From Chloroflexota bacterium (lineage in GTDB: Bacteria > Chloroflexota > Chloroflexia > Thermomicrobiales > UBA6265): DNA of 64,000 bases. Positions 1 through 9,124 of this stretch are shown here, piece by piece. The notes below the pieces were generated by a model, which searched no databases, had not been told where the DNA came from, and was given only the letters and a program-made list of their open reading frames with translations. Position numbers and translations under genes: made by a program. The stretch covers positions 13,230 through 77,229 of the forward strand of contig JAEWEG010000045.1 in assembly GCA_023389575.1 (NCBI GenBank), in the 5' to 3' direction. The first letter of the stretch is position 1, and the number at the start of each line of letters is the position of its first letter.

Positions 1-2
1 TT

Positions 3-917
3 GGCGGCCGGCTCCCATATCGGGCCTGGATCGAACCTGGTGATGGCTGGTTCACCCACGTTCCAACCTGGACAGCCGCCTGGGCCTCGGGTGTTCGTCC
101 CGGCGACCGCATCCCTGATGTCGATGGCCGCCACTGGTGGGAGCGCACGGCGGCGACGCCTCGCACCAGGGCCCTGGTCACGGGCTATCGCTGGCTGTCC
201 GGCCAACCAGGAACGGACCGTTCCATGAAGGCGATCTCACCCACCGGAACGGTGATCGAATGGCGGGAATCCATCGAATCTGGCTTCCCACACGACCCGA
301 TCTCGTGGCGCGTTCTTCCCTCCGGCACCGGGTACCTTCGTATCCGGGCGTGGTTCCACGCCCGCGACTGGCGGTCATCCCTCGACACCGCGTTCGGCGA
401 GCTTGCCGATTGCCCTCGCCTGCTGGTCGACCTTCGTGGAAACGCCGGTGGCAACCTGATCGCGGCGCAGGGCTTCCGGCACCGGTTCCTGGAGGAAGAA
501 ACGCTGCTCGGCCAGGTGCAATTCAGCATCGGGAACGGGAGACTGGGCAATCCCGCGCCGATGGTCGGCGTGCCAGCCTCCGATAGTCCTCGTTGGCTCA
601 AACCGGTGCGCTTCCTGATCGACCGCCAGACCTACTCCGCCTCCGAGGACGCAATCCTCGGCCTGGGTGGACTGCCCCACGTCCAGATCGTGGGGGAGCG
701 GAGCGGCGGCGGCAGTGGACGACCGCGCACCATTACCCTGCGCGACGGCATGTTCGCCACCATTTCCACGGCCCTCACCTACGATCGGTACGGCCATTGC
801 GTTGAAGGCAACGGCGTCCCGGTCGACATCGACCTCCCGCTCGAGGAGCACCATCGCGATCCCCGGCAGGTGACAGCCAGCGCCATCCTCGACCTGGCGG
901 ACCGGCACTGGGACTGA
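3..917 (+). CDS. S41 family C-terminal processing peptidase, 5' end cut by window edge
   Basis: Frame 3 is open from nt 3, with no stop before the first Met at 225. The upstream part has a PDZ-like GVRPGDRIPDVDG. S41 motifs DLRGNAGG and TYSASED (catalytic Ser context) are present. Stop at 915-917. Confidence 0.75.
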   Translation, partial: GGRLPYRAWIEPGDGWFTHVPTWTAAWASGVRPGDRIPDVDGRHWWERTAATPRTRALVTGYRWLSGQPGTDRSMKAISPTGTVIEWRESIESGFPHDPISWRVLPSGTGYLRIRAWFHARDWRSSLDTAFGELADCPRLLVDLRGNAGGNLIAAQGFRHRFLEEETLLGQVQFSIGNGRLGNPAPMVGVPASDSPRWLKPVRFLIDRQTYSASEDAILGLGGLPHVQIVGERSGGGSGRPRTITLRDGMFATISTALTYDRYGHCVEGNGVPVDIDLPLEEHHRDPRQVTASAILDLADRHWD

Positions 918-1003
918 CCACCGCCAAACGGTCAGTGGTCAGCCGCCGCCTCACCACCCGACAATTGCTCCCATATCGAGCGGTTTCATTCGAAAGGGAC
1001 ACC

Positions 1004-1804
1004 ATGTCAGGGACCACCACGCGACCGGTCAAGGTAAGCATTCAGATTCAACCCCAGCACGGCACTTACGAGCAGATGCGCGCCGCCTGGATTGCCGCCG
1101 ACGAACTCGGCGTCGATACCATCTTCAACTGGGATCACTTCTACCCACTGGCCGGGGATGCCAACGGGCTTCATTTCGAGGCCTACACCCTGCTCGCCGC
1201 CATGGCCGAGGTGACCGAACGCGCGGCCATCGGATCGCTGGTGACGTGCAACTCCTATCGCAACCCGAACCTGCTCGCGGACATGTCCCGCACGATCGAC
1301 CACATCTCGGGCGGGCGATTCGTCCTCGGCATCGGCTCCGGCTGGGCCGAGCGCGACTACTTCAATTACGACTACGAGTTCGGAACCGCCGCGTCCCGCC
1401 TCCAGGACCTCAAGCGCGACCTCCCGATCATCCGCAAGCGGTTCGACAAGCTGAATCCCGGACCAGTCAACGGCTCCATCCCAATCCTGATCGGTGGCGG
1501 TGGGGAGAAGGTAACCCTCCGGCTCGTCGCCGAGCATGCCGATACCTGGCACGCCTGGGGCGACGTGGAAACGATGGCCCACAAGAGCCAGGTGCTGGAA
1601 GACTGGTGCGGCAAGGTCGGCCGCGATCCGTCCGAGATCGAGCGGTCAACTGGCGTGAATCCGATGGCGCTCGACATGGCCGAGCAGCACGTGGCCAACG
1701 GCGTGACCCACTTCACCACCAGCGCCTCTGGTCCGGACTACGATCTCGGCCCGGTGAAGGAACTGCTCCAGTGGCGCGACAAGGTCAACGCCACCCGCGG
1801 CTAG
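1004..1804 (+). CDS. LLM-class (luciferase-like) F420-dependent oxidoreductase
   Basis: ATG 1004 follows a GAAAGGGA RBS; the ORF-track Met at 935 has none. Luciferase-like pattern: SLVTCNSYRNPNLLA, GRFVLGIGSGW, ILIGGGGEK. Confidence 0.8.
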   Translation: MSGTTTRPVKVSIQIQPQHGTYEQMRAAWIAADELGVDTIFNWDHFYPLAGDANGLHFEAYTLLAAMAEVTERAAIGSLVTCNSYRNPNLLADMSRTIDHISGGRFVLGIGSGWAERDYFNYDYEFGTAASRLQDLKRDLPIIRKRFDKLNPGPVNGSIPILIGGGGEKVTLRLVAEHADTWHAWGDVETMAHKSQVLEDWCGKVGRDPSEIERSTGVNPMALDMAEQHVANGVTHFTTSASGPDYDLGPVKELLQWRDKVNATRG

Positions 1805-1878
1805 TCCACCATTCCACCAATCCACATTCTGGACCGGCACTCACAGCCTATTGTGTGATGAACTACGTATGTTCGCAG

Positions 1879-1899
1879 GGGTCGATCTGGTATCGACCC
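1879..1899. terminator. Weak hairpin between convergent genes
   Basis: GGGTCGAT-ctggt-ATCGACCC (8-bp stem) in the 150-nt gap between the LLM and ydeP-like stops. No T-tract. Confidence 0.3.
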
Positions 1900-1954
1900 T
1901 GGAAGGTCACCGCCGACTATCCGGGCCCGCAGAACTCCTTCGGGATGGCCAGTC

Positions 1955-4348
1955 TCAGCGGGCCGGTGAAGGCGTGACCTCAACCCGCAGGTTCTTCATC
2001 ACTGGCTGTCGGCTCTTGGCGCCGAAATCCACCACCGGGCACAACACGTTGAGTTCCGGCATATATCCGGCCGTCGAACCTCGCGGGATGTTGTAGGGCA
2101 CCGCGAGATAGCCATGCACCGACCGGCGACTCCCGTCGCGAGCGATGCTGGTGATATCGATCCGGTCGAACTCGGCCAGCCCGCGTTCCTTCATGTCAGC
2201 CTCGTTCATGAACAGCAGCGTCCGCAGGTTCTTGACGCCACGATAGCGGTCGTCGTTGGAATAGATGCTGGTGTTGAACTGGTCGTGCGAACGCATGGTG
2301 CTCAGGCTCAGGTGCCCAGCCTCCGGAACCACGTCCACCAGCGGCGCGGTCGAAAACTCCGCCCGGCCAGACTCTGTCGTGAACACCCGTTCCCGCGCCA
2401 GTTGCCGGATTCGGAACCCACCCGGTTTGCGAGCGCGGCGATTGAAATCCTCGAACCCGTCCAGCGCCTTCGCGATTCGGTCGCGGATCAGGTCGTAGTT
2501 GGCGACCAGGCCCGCCCACGGGGTGCGGGTCTCCGGCAACGTCGCCTGGGCGAGCCCGCCGAGGATCGCCACCTCGGACCGGAGGTGCGGCGAGGCCGGC
2601 TCCCTCTTCCCATTCGACAAATGCACCATGCTCATCGAGTCCTCGACCGAGACCATCTGGGCGCCTCCGCGCTGGATGTCTTGCTCGCTGCGCGCAAGGC
2701 ATGGCAGGATCAGTGCCCGGCGACCATGAACCAGGTGACTGCGATTGAGCTTGGTCGATACCTGGATCGTCAGGTCGCACCGCCGCAATGCCTCGAACGC
2801 ATACGGAGTGTCGGGTGTAGCCACCGCGAAATTGCCACCCATACCCAGGAACACCTTCACCTGTCCGGCGTGCATCGCCTCGATCGTCCCCACCACGTCG
2901 AGTCCCGGTTCCCGGGGCGGCGTAATGTCGCAGGCGGACGCAATCCGGTCGAGGAGTTCATCCGTGGGGTGGTGATTGATGCCCTGGGTGCGATTGCCCT
3001 GCACGTTGCTGTGCCCGCGAATCGGGCAGGGACCGGCTCCCGGTCGGCCGATATTGCCCCGCAGCAGCAACAGGTTGGCGATTTCGCGAACCGTATCGAC
3101 GCCATGCTCCTGCTGCGAGATACCCAGGCACCAGGCGATGATGCAGGCCTCGGCCTCGCGATAGATGCGCGTCATTTCCCTGATCGTTGCTTCGTCCACG
3201 CCAGACTGCGGCACGATCTCGTCCCACGGGGTCGCCTCGCAACTCGCTCGGTAGTCGTCCGCGCCGTTGGTGAATCGCTCGACGAAGGCCCAGTCAATCG
3301 CGCCCGGGTCATCTTCCGCCATCTCGAACAGCGCCTTCGCCATTCCGCGCACGAGCGCGGCGTCACCGCCAATGCGCGGCTGGACATTGAGGGTGCTGGT
3401 GTCGGTGGCCTTGAAGCGGGCCATGTCCTTGAACTCGTGCGGCACGATCGTCCGCGTCGCCGCCGCTTCAATTAGGGGGTTGATGTGAACGACGGCCGCG
3501 CCGCGCCTGGTCGCCTCCGCCAGGTACGTGAGCATCCGCGGAGCGTTTGTGGCGGCGTTCACCCCGAGCAGGAAGATGGCGTCGGCCTGCTCCCAGTCGT
3601 GAATGTCCACCGTTCCCTTGTTGGTGCCGATCGAGGCCCTCAAGGCCACCCCGCTTGCCTCGTGGCACATGTTGGAGCAGTCCGGCAGGTTGTTGGTGCC
3701 ATACTCGCGCACGAACCACTGATACAGGAAGCTGGCTTCGTTGCTCAGTCGCCCCGACGTGTAGAACGATGCCTGGTTCGGTGAATCCAGGCCGCGCAGC
3801 GTCTCGCCCGCAACCGAGAAGGCGTCATTCCACGAAATGGGCAGGTAGCGATCGCTCTCGGGGTCGTAGCTCATCGGCTCCGTCAGGCGGCCAGCGTCCT
3901 CCAAAGCGAAGTCGCTCCACTCCATCAATTCGGACACCGTGAACGTCGCGAAGAAGTCCCGCCCGACCTCCCCGGAACTCCGCTCCCAGGTCGCGTGCTT
4001 GACCCCGTTCTCACAGATGTCCAGCGTGACCTTGGGATCGTCCGGCCAGGCACATCCGGGGCAATCGAATCCACGCCGGTCCTTGTTCATGCGGAGGAAG
4101 ATGCCCGGCGCCTCGCGCATCGACCGTTGGTGAAGCAAGGTCTTGGCGACGTTGATCGCGGCTCCCCAGCCAGCCGCCGGGTGGTGATAGTCGCTCCGGC
4201 TTGGCGCGGCCTCCGAATCAGGCCCGCACCCGGCCGCCGCGGCGCGGGTCGTTCCCTGGCCGCGCAGAACCTCGTCGGTTGGCGTGTTCGTGACGTTGCG
4301 GGGTTCCGCGGGTTCTGGTTGTGATCGTTCGACCGCGGCCATGTGCAT
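1955..4348 (-). CDS. FdhF/YdeP-family molybdopterin (bis-MGD) oxidoreductase
   Basis: 797-codon ORF. Start moved to ATG 4348 (MHMAAVE...) because the 90 upstream codons of the ORF-track call run into the divergent leader. YdeP-type N-terminal Cys region GFDCPGCAWPDDP. Long molybdopterin-oxidoreductase body and a C-terminal dinucleotide-binding-type region. Confidence 0.85.
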   Translation of the reverse strand: MHMAAVERSQPEPAEPRNVTNTPTDEVLRGQGTTRAAAAGCGPDSEAAPSRSDYHHPAAGWGAAINVAKTLLHQRSMREAPGIFLRMNKDRRGFDCPGCAWPDDPKVTLDICENGVKHATWERSSGEVGRDFFATFTVSELMEWSDFALEDAGRLTEPMSYDPESDRYLPISWNDAFSVAGETLRGLDSPNQASFYTSGRLSNEASFLYQWFVREYGTNNLPDCSNMCHEASGVALRASIGTNKGTVDIHDWEQADAIFLLGVNAATNAPRMLTYLAEATRRGAAVVHINPLIEAAATRTIVPHEFKDMARFKATDTSTLNVQPRIGGDAALVRGMAKALFEMAEDDPGAIDWAFVERFTNGADDYRASCEATPWDEIVPQSGVDEATIREMTRIYREAEACIIAWCLGISQQEHGVDTVREIANLLLLRGNIGRPGAGPCPIRGHSNVQGNRTQGINHHPTDELLDRIASACDITPPREPGLDVVGTIEAMHAGQVKVFLGMGGNFAVATPDTPYAFEALRRCDLTIQVSTKLNRSHLVHGRRALILPCLARSEQDIQRGGAQMVSVEDSMSMVHLSNGKREPASPHLRSEVAILGGLAQATLPETRTPWAGLVANYDLIRDRIAKALDGFEDFNRRARKPGGFRIRQLARERVFTTESGRAEFSTAPLVDVVPEAGHLSLSTMRSHDQFNTSIYSNDDRYRGVKNLRTLLFMNEADMKERGLAEFDRIDITSIARDGSRRSVHGYLAVPYNIPRGSTAGYMPELNVLCPVVDFGAKSRQPVMKNLRVEVTPSPAR

Positions 4349-4565
4349 CCCTCGTGATTGGTCCGCGCCCGCCTCGCGATGGAGGCCAGCGTGGAGCGAT
4401 GATCTGCGGTGTGACCACCATTCTAGGATGAAACGCGTCCTACAAGCCCGAGATGCCGCATCGGGTAACAGGATTTGGCCGAGCGGGGAGGTGGTACACT
4501 CGACGGGTCGAACGCTTGCAATCAGTGCTCCCGATCGCCGGTATGAGCACGAAAGAAAGGGTGTC

Positions 4566-5426
4566 GTGAGCTTTCGTCCGGGAAGCAAGACCACGGCCAG
4601 GGTCTGGAAAATCACCAACGACGAGGGGCGGTTCCGCCGCGATCACCTGGCGACCGAAGAGCCGCTGGAAATCCGCCTGATCACGCGGGATGAAACCCAT
4701 ACCGTGGCGATCACCATGCGCACTCCAGGCAACGACTTCGAGCTTGCCGCCGGGTTCCTCCACGGTGAGGGCATCATCCACGACCGGGACGAGATCGCCA
4801 GGATCAGCTACTGCGTCGATCCCGGCATTGACGCCGCCCAGCAGTACAACATCGTGAATGTCGCGTTGCGCGGCGACGCCTCACCAGATCTGGCGCCGCT
4901 CGAACGGCATTTCTTCACCTCCAGCGCGTGCGGGGTATGCGGCAAGGCATCCCTGGAGGCGCTGCACCTGCGGGCGAATCCCGCCATCCCGCCGGGCCCC
5001 GAGGTCCCGATCGAGGTGATCTACGGGTTGCCGGATAAGTTGCGCCAGGCGCAGGGCATCTTCGAGGACACCGGTGGGCTTCATGCCGCCGCGCTGTTCG
5101 ACACCTGTGGAAACCTGCTTGCGCTCCGCGAGGACGTTGGCCGGCACAACGCGCTGGACAAGCTCGTTGGCTGGGCGCTCATGGAGGACCGCCTGCCACT
5201 CAACCAGCACATCCTGCTGGTCAGCGGGCGCTCCAGCTTTGAAATCCTCCAGAAAAGCCAGGCGGCGGGAATACCGATCGTCTGCGCCATTTCCGCGCCC
5301 AGCAGCCTGGCCGTGGACCTGGCTCGCGAGTTCGGGATGACGCTGGTCGGCTTTCTGCGAGACCAGCGTTGCAACGCGTATACCGCGCCTGAACGACTGC
5401 TGCTCGCCTCATCCCCGAGTCCCTAA
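4566..5426 (+). CDS. fdhD: Formate dehydrogenase accessory sulfurtransferase FdhD
   Basis: GTG 4566 follows GAAAGAAAGG. FdhD hallmarks: EEPLEIRL, SSACGVCGK, EDVGRHNALDKL, LVSGRSSFE. The length (286 aa) matches the family, whereas the ORF-track start at 4284 would add about 94 atypical residues. Confidence 0.85.
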   Translation: MSFRPGSKTTARVWKITNDEGRFRRDHLATEEPLEIRLITRDETHTVAITMRTPGNDFELAAGFLHGEGIIHDRDEIARISYCVDPGIDAAQQYNIVNVALRGDASPDLAPLERHFFTSSACGVCGKASLEALHLRANPAIPPGPEVPIEVIYGLPDKLRQAQGIFEDTGGLHAAALFDTCGNLLALREDVGRHNALDKLVGWALMEDRLPLNQHILLVSGRSSFEILQKSQAAGIPIVCAISAPSSLAVDLAREFGMTLVGFLRDQRCNAYTAPERLLLASSPSP

Positions 5427-5428
5427 CG

Positions 5429-6040
5429 ATGGAGTCCCAACGCCTCCGGACCCTTCTGGACCAGAGCGCCGCGCTGCACGATCATCTCTGCCCGCGACAG
5501 GTACTCGGCGTCCGGATGGGCATGCTCGCCGCTGAACTGTTCCATTTGGAGCTTCCCCGTAAAGACAAGCGCCTGCTCACCATCGTCGAAACCGACGGCT
5601 GCTTCGCCGATGGAGTGGCCGTGGCGACCGGCTGCTGGCTCGGGCATCGGACGCTGCGGCTCGTGGACCACGGCAAGATCGCGGCCACGTTCGTCGACAC
5701 CGCCACCAATCACGCCCTGCGCGTTCACCCGTCCCAGGAATCTCGACCCCTGGCCGCGCGATACGCGCCCAACGCCCCGGACCGTTGGCATGCCTACCTG
5801 GAGGGCTACCAGCACATGCCAGTCAGCGAACTGCTCGTCGTCGATCGTGTCTTGCTCGATCGCCCGGTCGAATCGCTGATCAGTCACCACGACCGCCGCG
5901 CAACCTGCGAAAACTGCGGCGAGGAGATCTTCAACGAGCGCGAGGTCGCGGTGAATGGGCGAACCCTGTGCCTGGGTTGCGCCGGTCAACCGTATCTGAC
6001 AGTGCTGACGGACGCCGTGGAATGCTCGCATGGCGGATAG
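5429..6040 (+). CDS. FmdE-domain protein with C-terminal zinc ribbon
   Basis: CPRQVLGVRMG and ETDGCFADG (FmdE-type Cys motifs), plus CENCGEEI...CLGCAG. The start lies 2 nt after the fdhD stop. Confidence 0.7.
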   Translation: MESQRLRTLLDQSAALHDHLCPRQVLGVRMGMLAAELFHLELPRKDKRLLTIVETDGCFADGVAVATGCWLGHRTLRLVDHGKIAATFVDTATNHALRVHPSQESRPLAARYAPNAPDRWHAYLEGYQHMPVSELLVVDRVLLDRPVESLISHHDRRATCENCGEEIFNEREVAVNGRTLCLGCAGQPYLTVLTDAVECSHGG

Positions 6041-6653
6041 CGATCTGTCGGCGGCCGTACTTGTCGGCGGACAGTCACGGCGGATGGGCGAGAACAAGGC
6101 GCTGTTGCGTCTGGAACCTGGAGGCCCCACCGTCATCGAAACGGTCGTCCAGAAGCTGCGAGCCGTCGCCGGCGACATCATGCTGGCAGGTTGCGATCCG
6201 GAGCCGTACGCCTTTCTCGGCCTCCCGCATATTCCCGACGTGGAACCGGGCATTGGCGCCCTCGGCGGGGTCCACAGCGCGCTCACGACCATGACGACCC
6301 CTCACGTGCTGATCGTGGCCTGCGACATGCCCTTCCTGAACGCGGACCTGCTCCGCTACATGGCCGCTCAGCCGCGCGACTATGACGCGCTGGTTCCAGT
6401 ATTCGACAGGCCGCAGCCGCTTCACGCGATCTACGCCAAAATGTCCCTGCCACTCATCGAGCGGAGCATCCAGGCGGGCGACCTGCGTGGCACCGGCTGG
6501 CTGGCCCAGGCCAACGTCCGCGCGATCGACCGCGAAACCATGCGACGATACGATCCGGACCTCCTGTCGTGCTTCAACATGAACACCCCCGCCGATGTCG
6601 CCCACGCAAGGCGCATCGCCACGGCAAGCAAGGGCTCGATCCCCGGCGCATAA
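6030..6653 (+). CDS. mobA: Molybdenum cofactor guanylyltransferase MobA
   Basis: N-terminal LVGGQSRRMGENKALL and VACDMPFL. The start overlaps the fmdE-like gene by 11 nt. Confidence 0.8.
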   Translation: MADSDLSAAVLVGGQSRRMGENKALLRLEPGGPTVIETVVQKLRAVAGDIMLAGCDPEPYAFLGLPHIPDVEPGIGALGGVHSALTTMTTPHVLIVACDMPFLNADLLRYMAAQPRDYDALVPVFDRPQPLHAIYAKMSLPLIERSIQAGDLRGTGWLAQANVRAIDRETMRRYDPDLLSCFNMNTPADVAHARRIATASKGSIPGA

Positions 6654-6695
6654 ACGCCGGTGACACCCGTTTTGATCGCATGCGACTCGCAACAT

Positions 6696-6727
6696 GAGCG
6701 CCGCCTCCCGGAAGGGACGCGGCGCTC
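6696..6727. terminator. Bidirectional hairpin between convergent mobA and isomerase genes
   Basis: GAGCGCCGC-(14 nt)-GCGGCGCTC, a 9-bp GC-rich stem, followed by TTG. Confidence 0.5.
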
Positions 6728-6756
6728 TTGATCAGTGACGGCGAATTGGCCGGAAC

Positions 6757-7620
6757 TTAGATTCCGGCCGCCGCGAACAGCTTCTTGACCGACGCCGAGG
6801 TCTCGCTCGCCGCCGCCGCGGGATCGGTCGCGGCCAGTTCGTTGATCCGGGCGCTGAACGGCTCGGCGATCACCGGTCCGTCGTAGCCGATCGCCGCCAG
6901 CCGGCTGATCATCTCCGGCGCGGGAATCACGCCGGTCTCCATCGGCAACGTGCGCGAAAGGTCCTGCTGCTCGTCGATTTCCAGCCCAGCCGGGGCATCG
7001 TTGACGTGCACCACGAACACGTTGTCCTTCGTCAGGAGATCCATCTCCTCAAGGGTGCCGTGCGCGGTGTAGTGGTGCCAGACATCGAAGAGGACACCGA
7101 CATTGCCGGTGCCGACCTTGTTCCCCAGTTCGAGCATCTGCGGCATGCTGTAGATGAACTCGTACCTGAACTTGTCGCGCAGCGTTTTCGGCGCGATGAA
7201 CTCGATGCCGAGGCTAACCCCAGCTTCCTTCAGCGTCTCCGCGTATGGGCGGAGCCGCTCCAGGATGAACTCGTACTGCTCATCGAACTGCCGGTCGTTG
7301 TTGGCCGGCATGATGCCAGAGGTCGTGAACGGGTTACCCAGCGCCACGCCCAGCGCGGCCAGCGGCTTCAACGCTTCCAGGTCGGCGTCGCGGTGCTCGT
7401 CGTCCTGCCAGCGAACCGTGGCTCCCCATCCACCCGGCTTCACGCCCTTGCGGGCGAACAGGTCCTTGACGTAGTCGACGCCCTTGTCGTCGGCGATCGC
7501 CCGTGCCTCGGCGATGTCGAACCACACCCCGTCGAACCCGGTCGCGGCCGCGAGGTCGATGGACTCCTCGAGGCTGAGGCCCTTCAGTCCAATCGCGCCA
7601 GTCATCAGTGAGCTGTACAT
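6757..7620 (-). CDS. Sugar phosphate isomerase/epimerase (xylose isomerase-like TIM barrel)
   Basis: ATG 7620 follows a GAGAGG RBS. TIM-barrel family pattern: GFDGVWFD, GIEFIAPK, VVHVNDAP, IAEPF. Confidence 0.75.
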   Translation of the reverse strand: MYSSLMTGAIGLKGLSLEESIDLAAATGFDGVWFDIAEARAIADDKGVDYVKDLFARKGVKPGGWGATVRWQDDEHRDADLEALKPLAALGVALGNPFTTSGIMPANNDRQFDEQYEFILERLRPYAETLKEAGVSLGIEFIAPKTLRDKFRYEFIYSMPQMLELGNKVGTGNVGVLFDVWHHYTAHGTLEEMDLLTKDNVFVVHVNDAPAGLEIDEQQDLSRTLPMETGVIPAPEMISRLAAIGYDGPVIAEPFSARINELAATDPAAAASETSASVKKLFAAAGI

Positions 7621-7711
7621 GGATACCTCTCTTCGTGTTTGCGAAATGGCGATGGCCGGCGATCTCACCGGCCATCGTCATGCATGAAGCGTGGAAGGCA
7701 TGCGCCAGGGA

Positions 7712-8836
7712 TTAGGCGAGCACCTCGTCCGGCACGTCCACGCTGAACGGGGTCTTGAACGCCTCGGTGCGGGCCACCGGCTTGCCGGTCGGGTCCTCGG
7801 GCAGCGACACGGTCTGGCCGATCTGGGCCGAGAGGTACGCCGCCTTGATCACCTGGAGCGTGCGGATGGTGTCGTCGATCGGCGCGGCATTGGTCGCGCC
7901 CTTCGTCACAACGTCGATGAAGTGGCCGATCTCCAGCGTGAACGTCTCCGGCTTCGGGAACGTCATCACGGACGGCTCGGGCCAGCGGTAAAGCTGGTGC
8001 TTCAGGTAGGTCTGGCTCCCGGCCAGCGCGCCGAACTCGGCCTCCACCTCGAACTGGCGGCTCTCGACCACGTCAAACGCCCAGCTCGTGATGATCTGAC
8101 CGACCGCGCCGGACTCAAACCGCACGATCACCTGGCCCGTGTCCTCCGTCGGCAGGTGCGACAGCAGGAAGCGGCTCAGGAAGCCGGTGACCTCAACGGG
8201 GCGGTCACCGGCGGCCATGGAGAGCAGCCGGTAGGTGCCATGGTAGCCGGTGTCGAGCAACTCGCCGCCGCCAGCCTGCTGGAGGTTGGCGCGCCAGCCG
8301 CCCTGGCCACCGCCAGCGCCGGCGCTCTTCGGCGTCCACGGATCGAACTGCCGGGACTGGAAGGTCTCGATCGATCGGTACATGTAGGGCGTACCGATGA
8401 ACCCGCTCTCGATCAGGCGGCGGGCCTCCAGCAGGGCCGGTGTGAACAGGTTATTGTGCGCGCCCATGAAGATCGCGCCAGACTCGTTGACCGTGTTCCG
8501 GATCTCGATGCCGTCCTCGAGCGTGGTGCAGAGCGGCTTCTCACAGAGAATCGCCTTGCCCGCCCGCGCGGCCTTGATTACCGCGTCGGCGTGGAGGTGA
8601 TGCGGAAGGCAGACATCGATCACGTCGATATCCGGATCGGCGACCACGGCGTCGATCGAGTCGTAAATCTTCGCCGAACCACCCGTGTACAAATCGCTCA
8701 TCGCCTGGGCGCGATCGGTCGCCACGTCGGAGAACGCGTAGATTTCGGCCTTCCCGGGATAGGCCGACCATCCGCGCGCGTGCACGTTGGCGATGCCGCC
8801 CGCTCCAAGAATTCCTACACGCAATGCTGATGTCAC
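7712..8836 (-). CDS. Gfo/Idh/MocA family oxidoreductase
   Basis: LRVGILGAGGIA Rossmann motif and CEKPL. GTG 8836 has a GAGGAA RBS; ATG 8857 is the alternative start. Confidence 0.8.
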   Translation of the reverse strand: MTSALRVGILGAGGIANVHARGWSAYPGKAEIYAFSDVATDRAQAMSDLYTGGSAKIYDSIDAVVADPDIDVIDVCLPHHLHADAVIKAARAGKAILCEKPLCTTLEDGIEIRNTVNESGAIFMGAHNNLFTPALLEARRLIESGFIGTPYMYRSIETFQSRQFDPWTPKSAGAGGGQGGWRANLQQAGGGELLDTGYHGTYRLLSMAAGDRPVEVTGFLSRFLLSHLPTEDTGQVIVRFESGAVGQIITSWAFDVVESRQFEVEAEFGALAGSQTYLKHQLYRWPEPSVMTFPKPETFTLEIGHFIDVVTKGATNAAPIDDTIRTLQVIKAAYLSAQIGQTVSLPEDPTGKPVARTEAFKTPFSVDVPDEVLA

Positions 8837-9124
8837 GCTGTTCCTCACTTCCGGCATACCGCCGCCAGGTCTTGATCAGTCCGTCACCCGGACTGCTTTT
8901 CTCCACCGGGTCGCGATCGCGCGCCCAGGAACGTTCCGGGGCAGATTGTATCCTGATTACTGGCGAGCGCAAGAGGGGTACTCACGCCCTGGCCACCCAC
9001 CCCTTCCTCTATTGCGCGGGCCTTGACCCAACCGTTCGCCCCCGCCCGCCAGGTCGAACGTTGCGCGATCCAATCGCCACGATGCACACTTGGAAGGCGC
9101 GCACCTACTTCGCGACTGCCCAGG

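Noticed and set aside
2114-3475. Long antisense ORFs opposite real genes. Examples: 2114-3475, 7691-8830, 9176-10345, 10670-12175, 12045-13676, 15496-16734, 17793-18776, 23651-24931, 25851-27611, 33299-34345, 39101-41221, 55470-57206, 61379-62464.
   Set aside because: These are typical high-GC shadow frames. Their translations are Arg/Pro/Gly/His-rich low-complexity strings with no motifs. Each lies fully opposite an ORF with clear family signatures and a good RBS.
4349-4618. A 90-codon N-terminal extension of the ydeP-like ORF. Similar upstream extensions occur on the fdhD, MMPL, binding-protein, sulfatase and cupredoxin ORFs.
   Set aside because: The extensions lack an RBS, have atypical composition, overlap divergent leaders, and exceed normal family lengths. 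Internal starts with GGAGG-like sites fit better.
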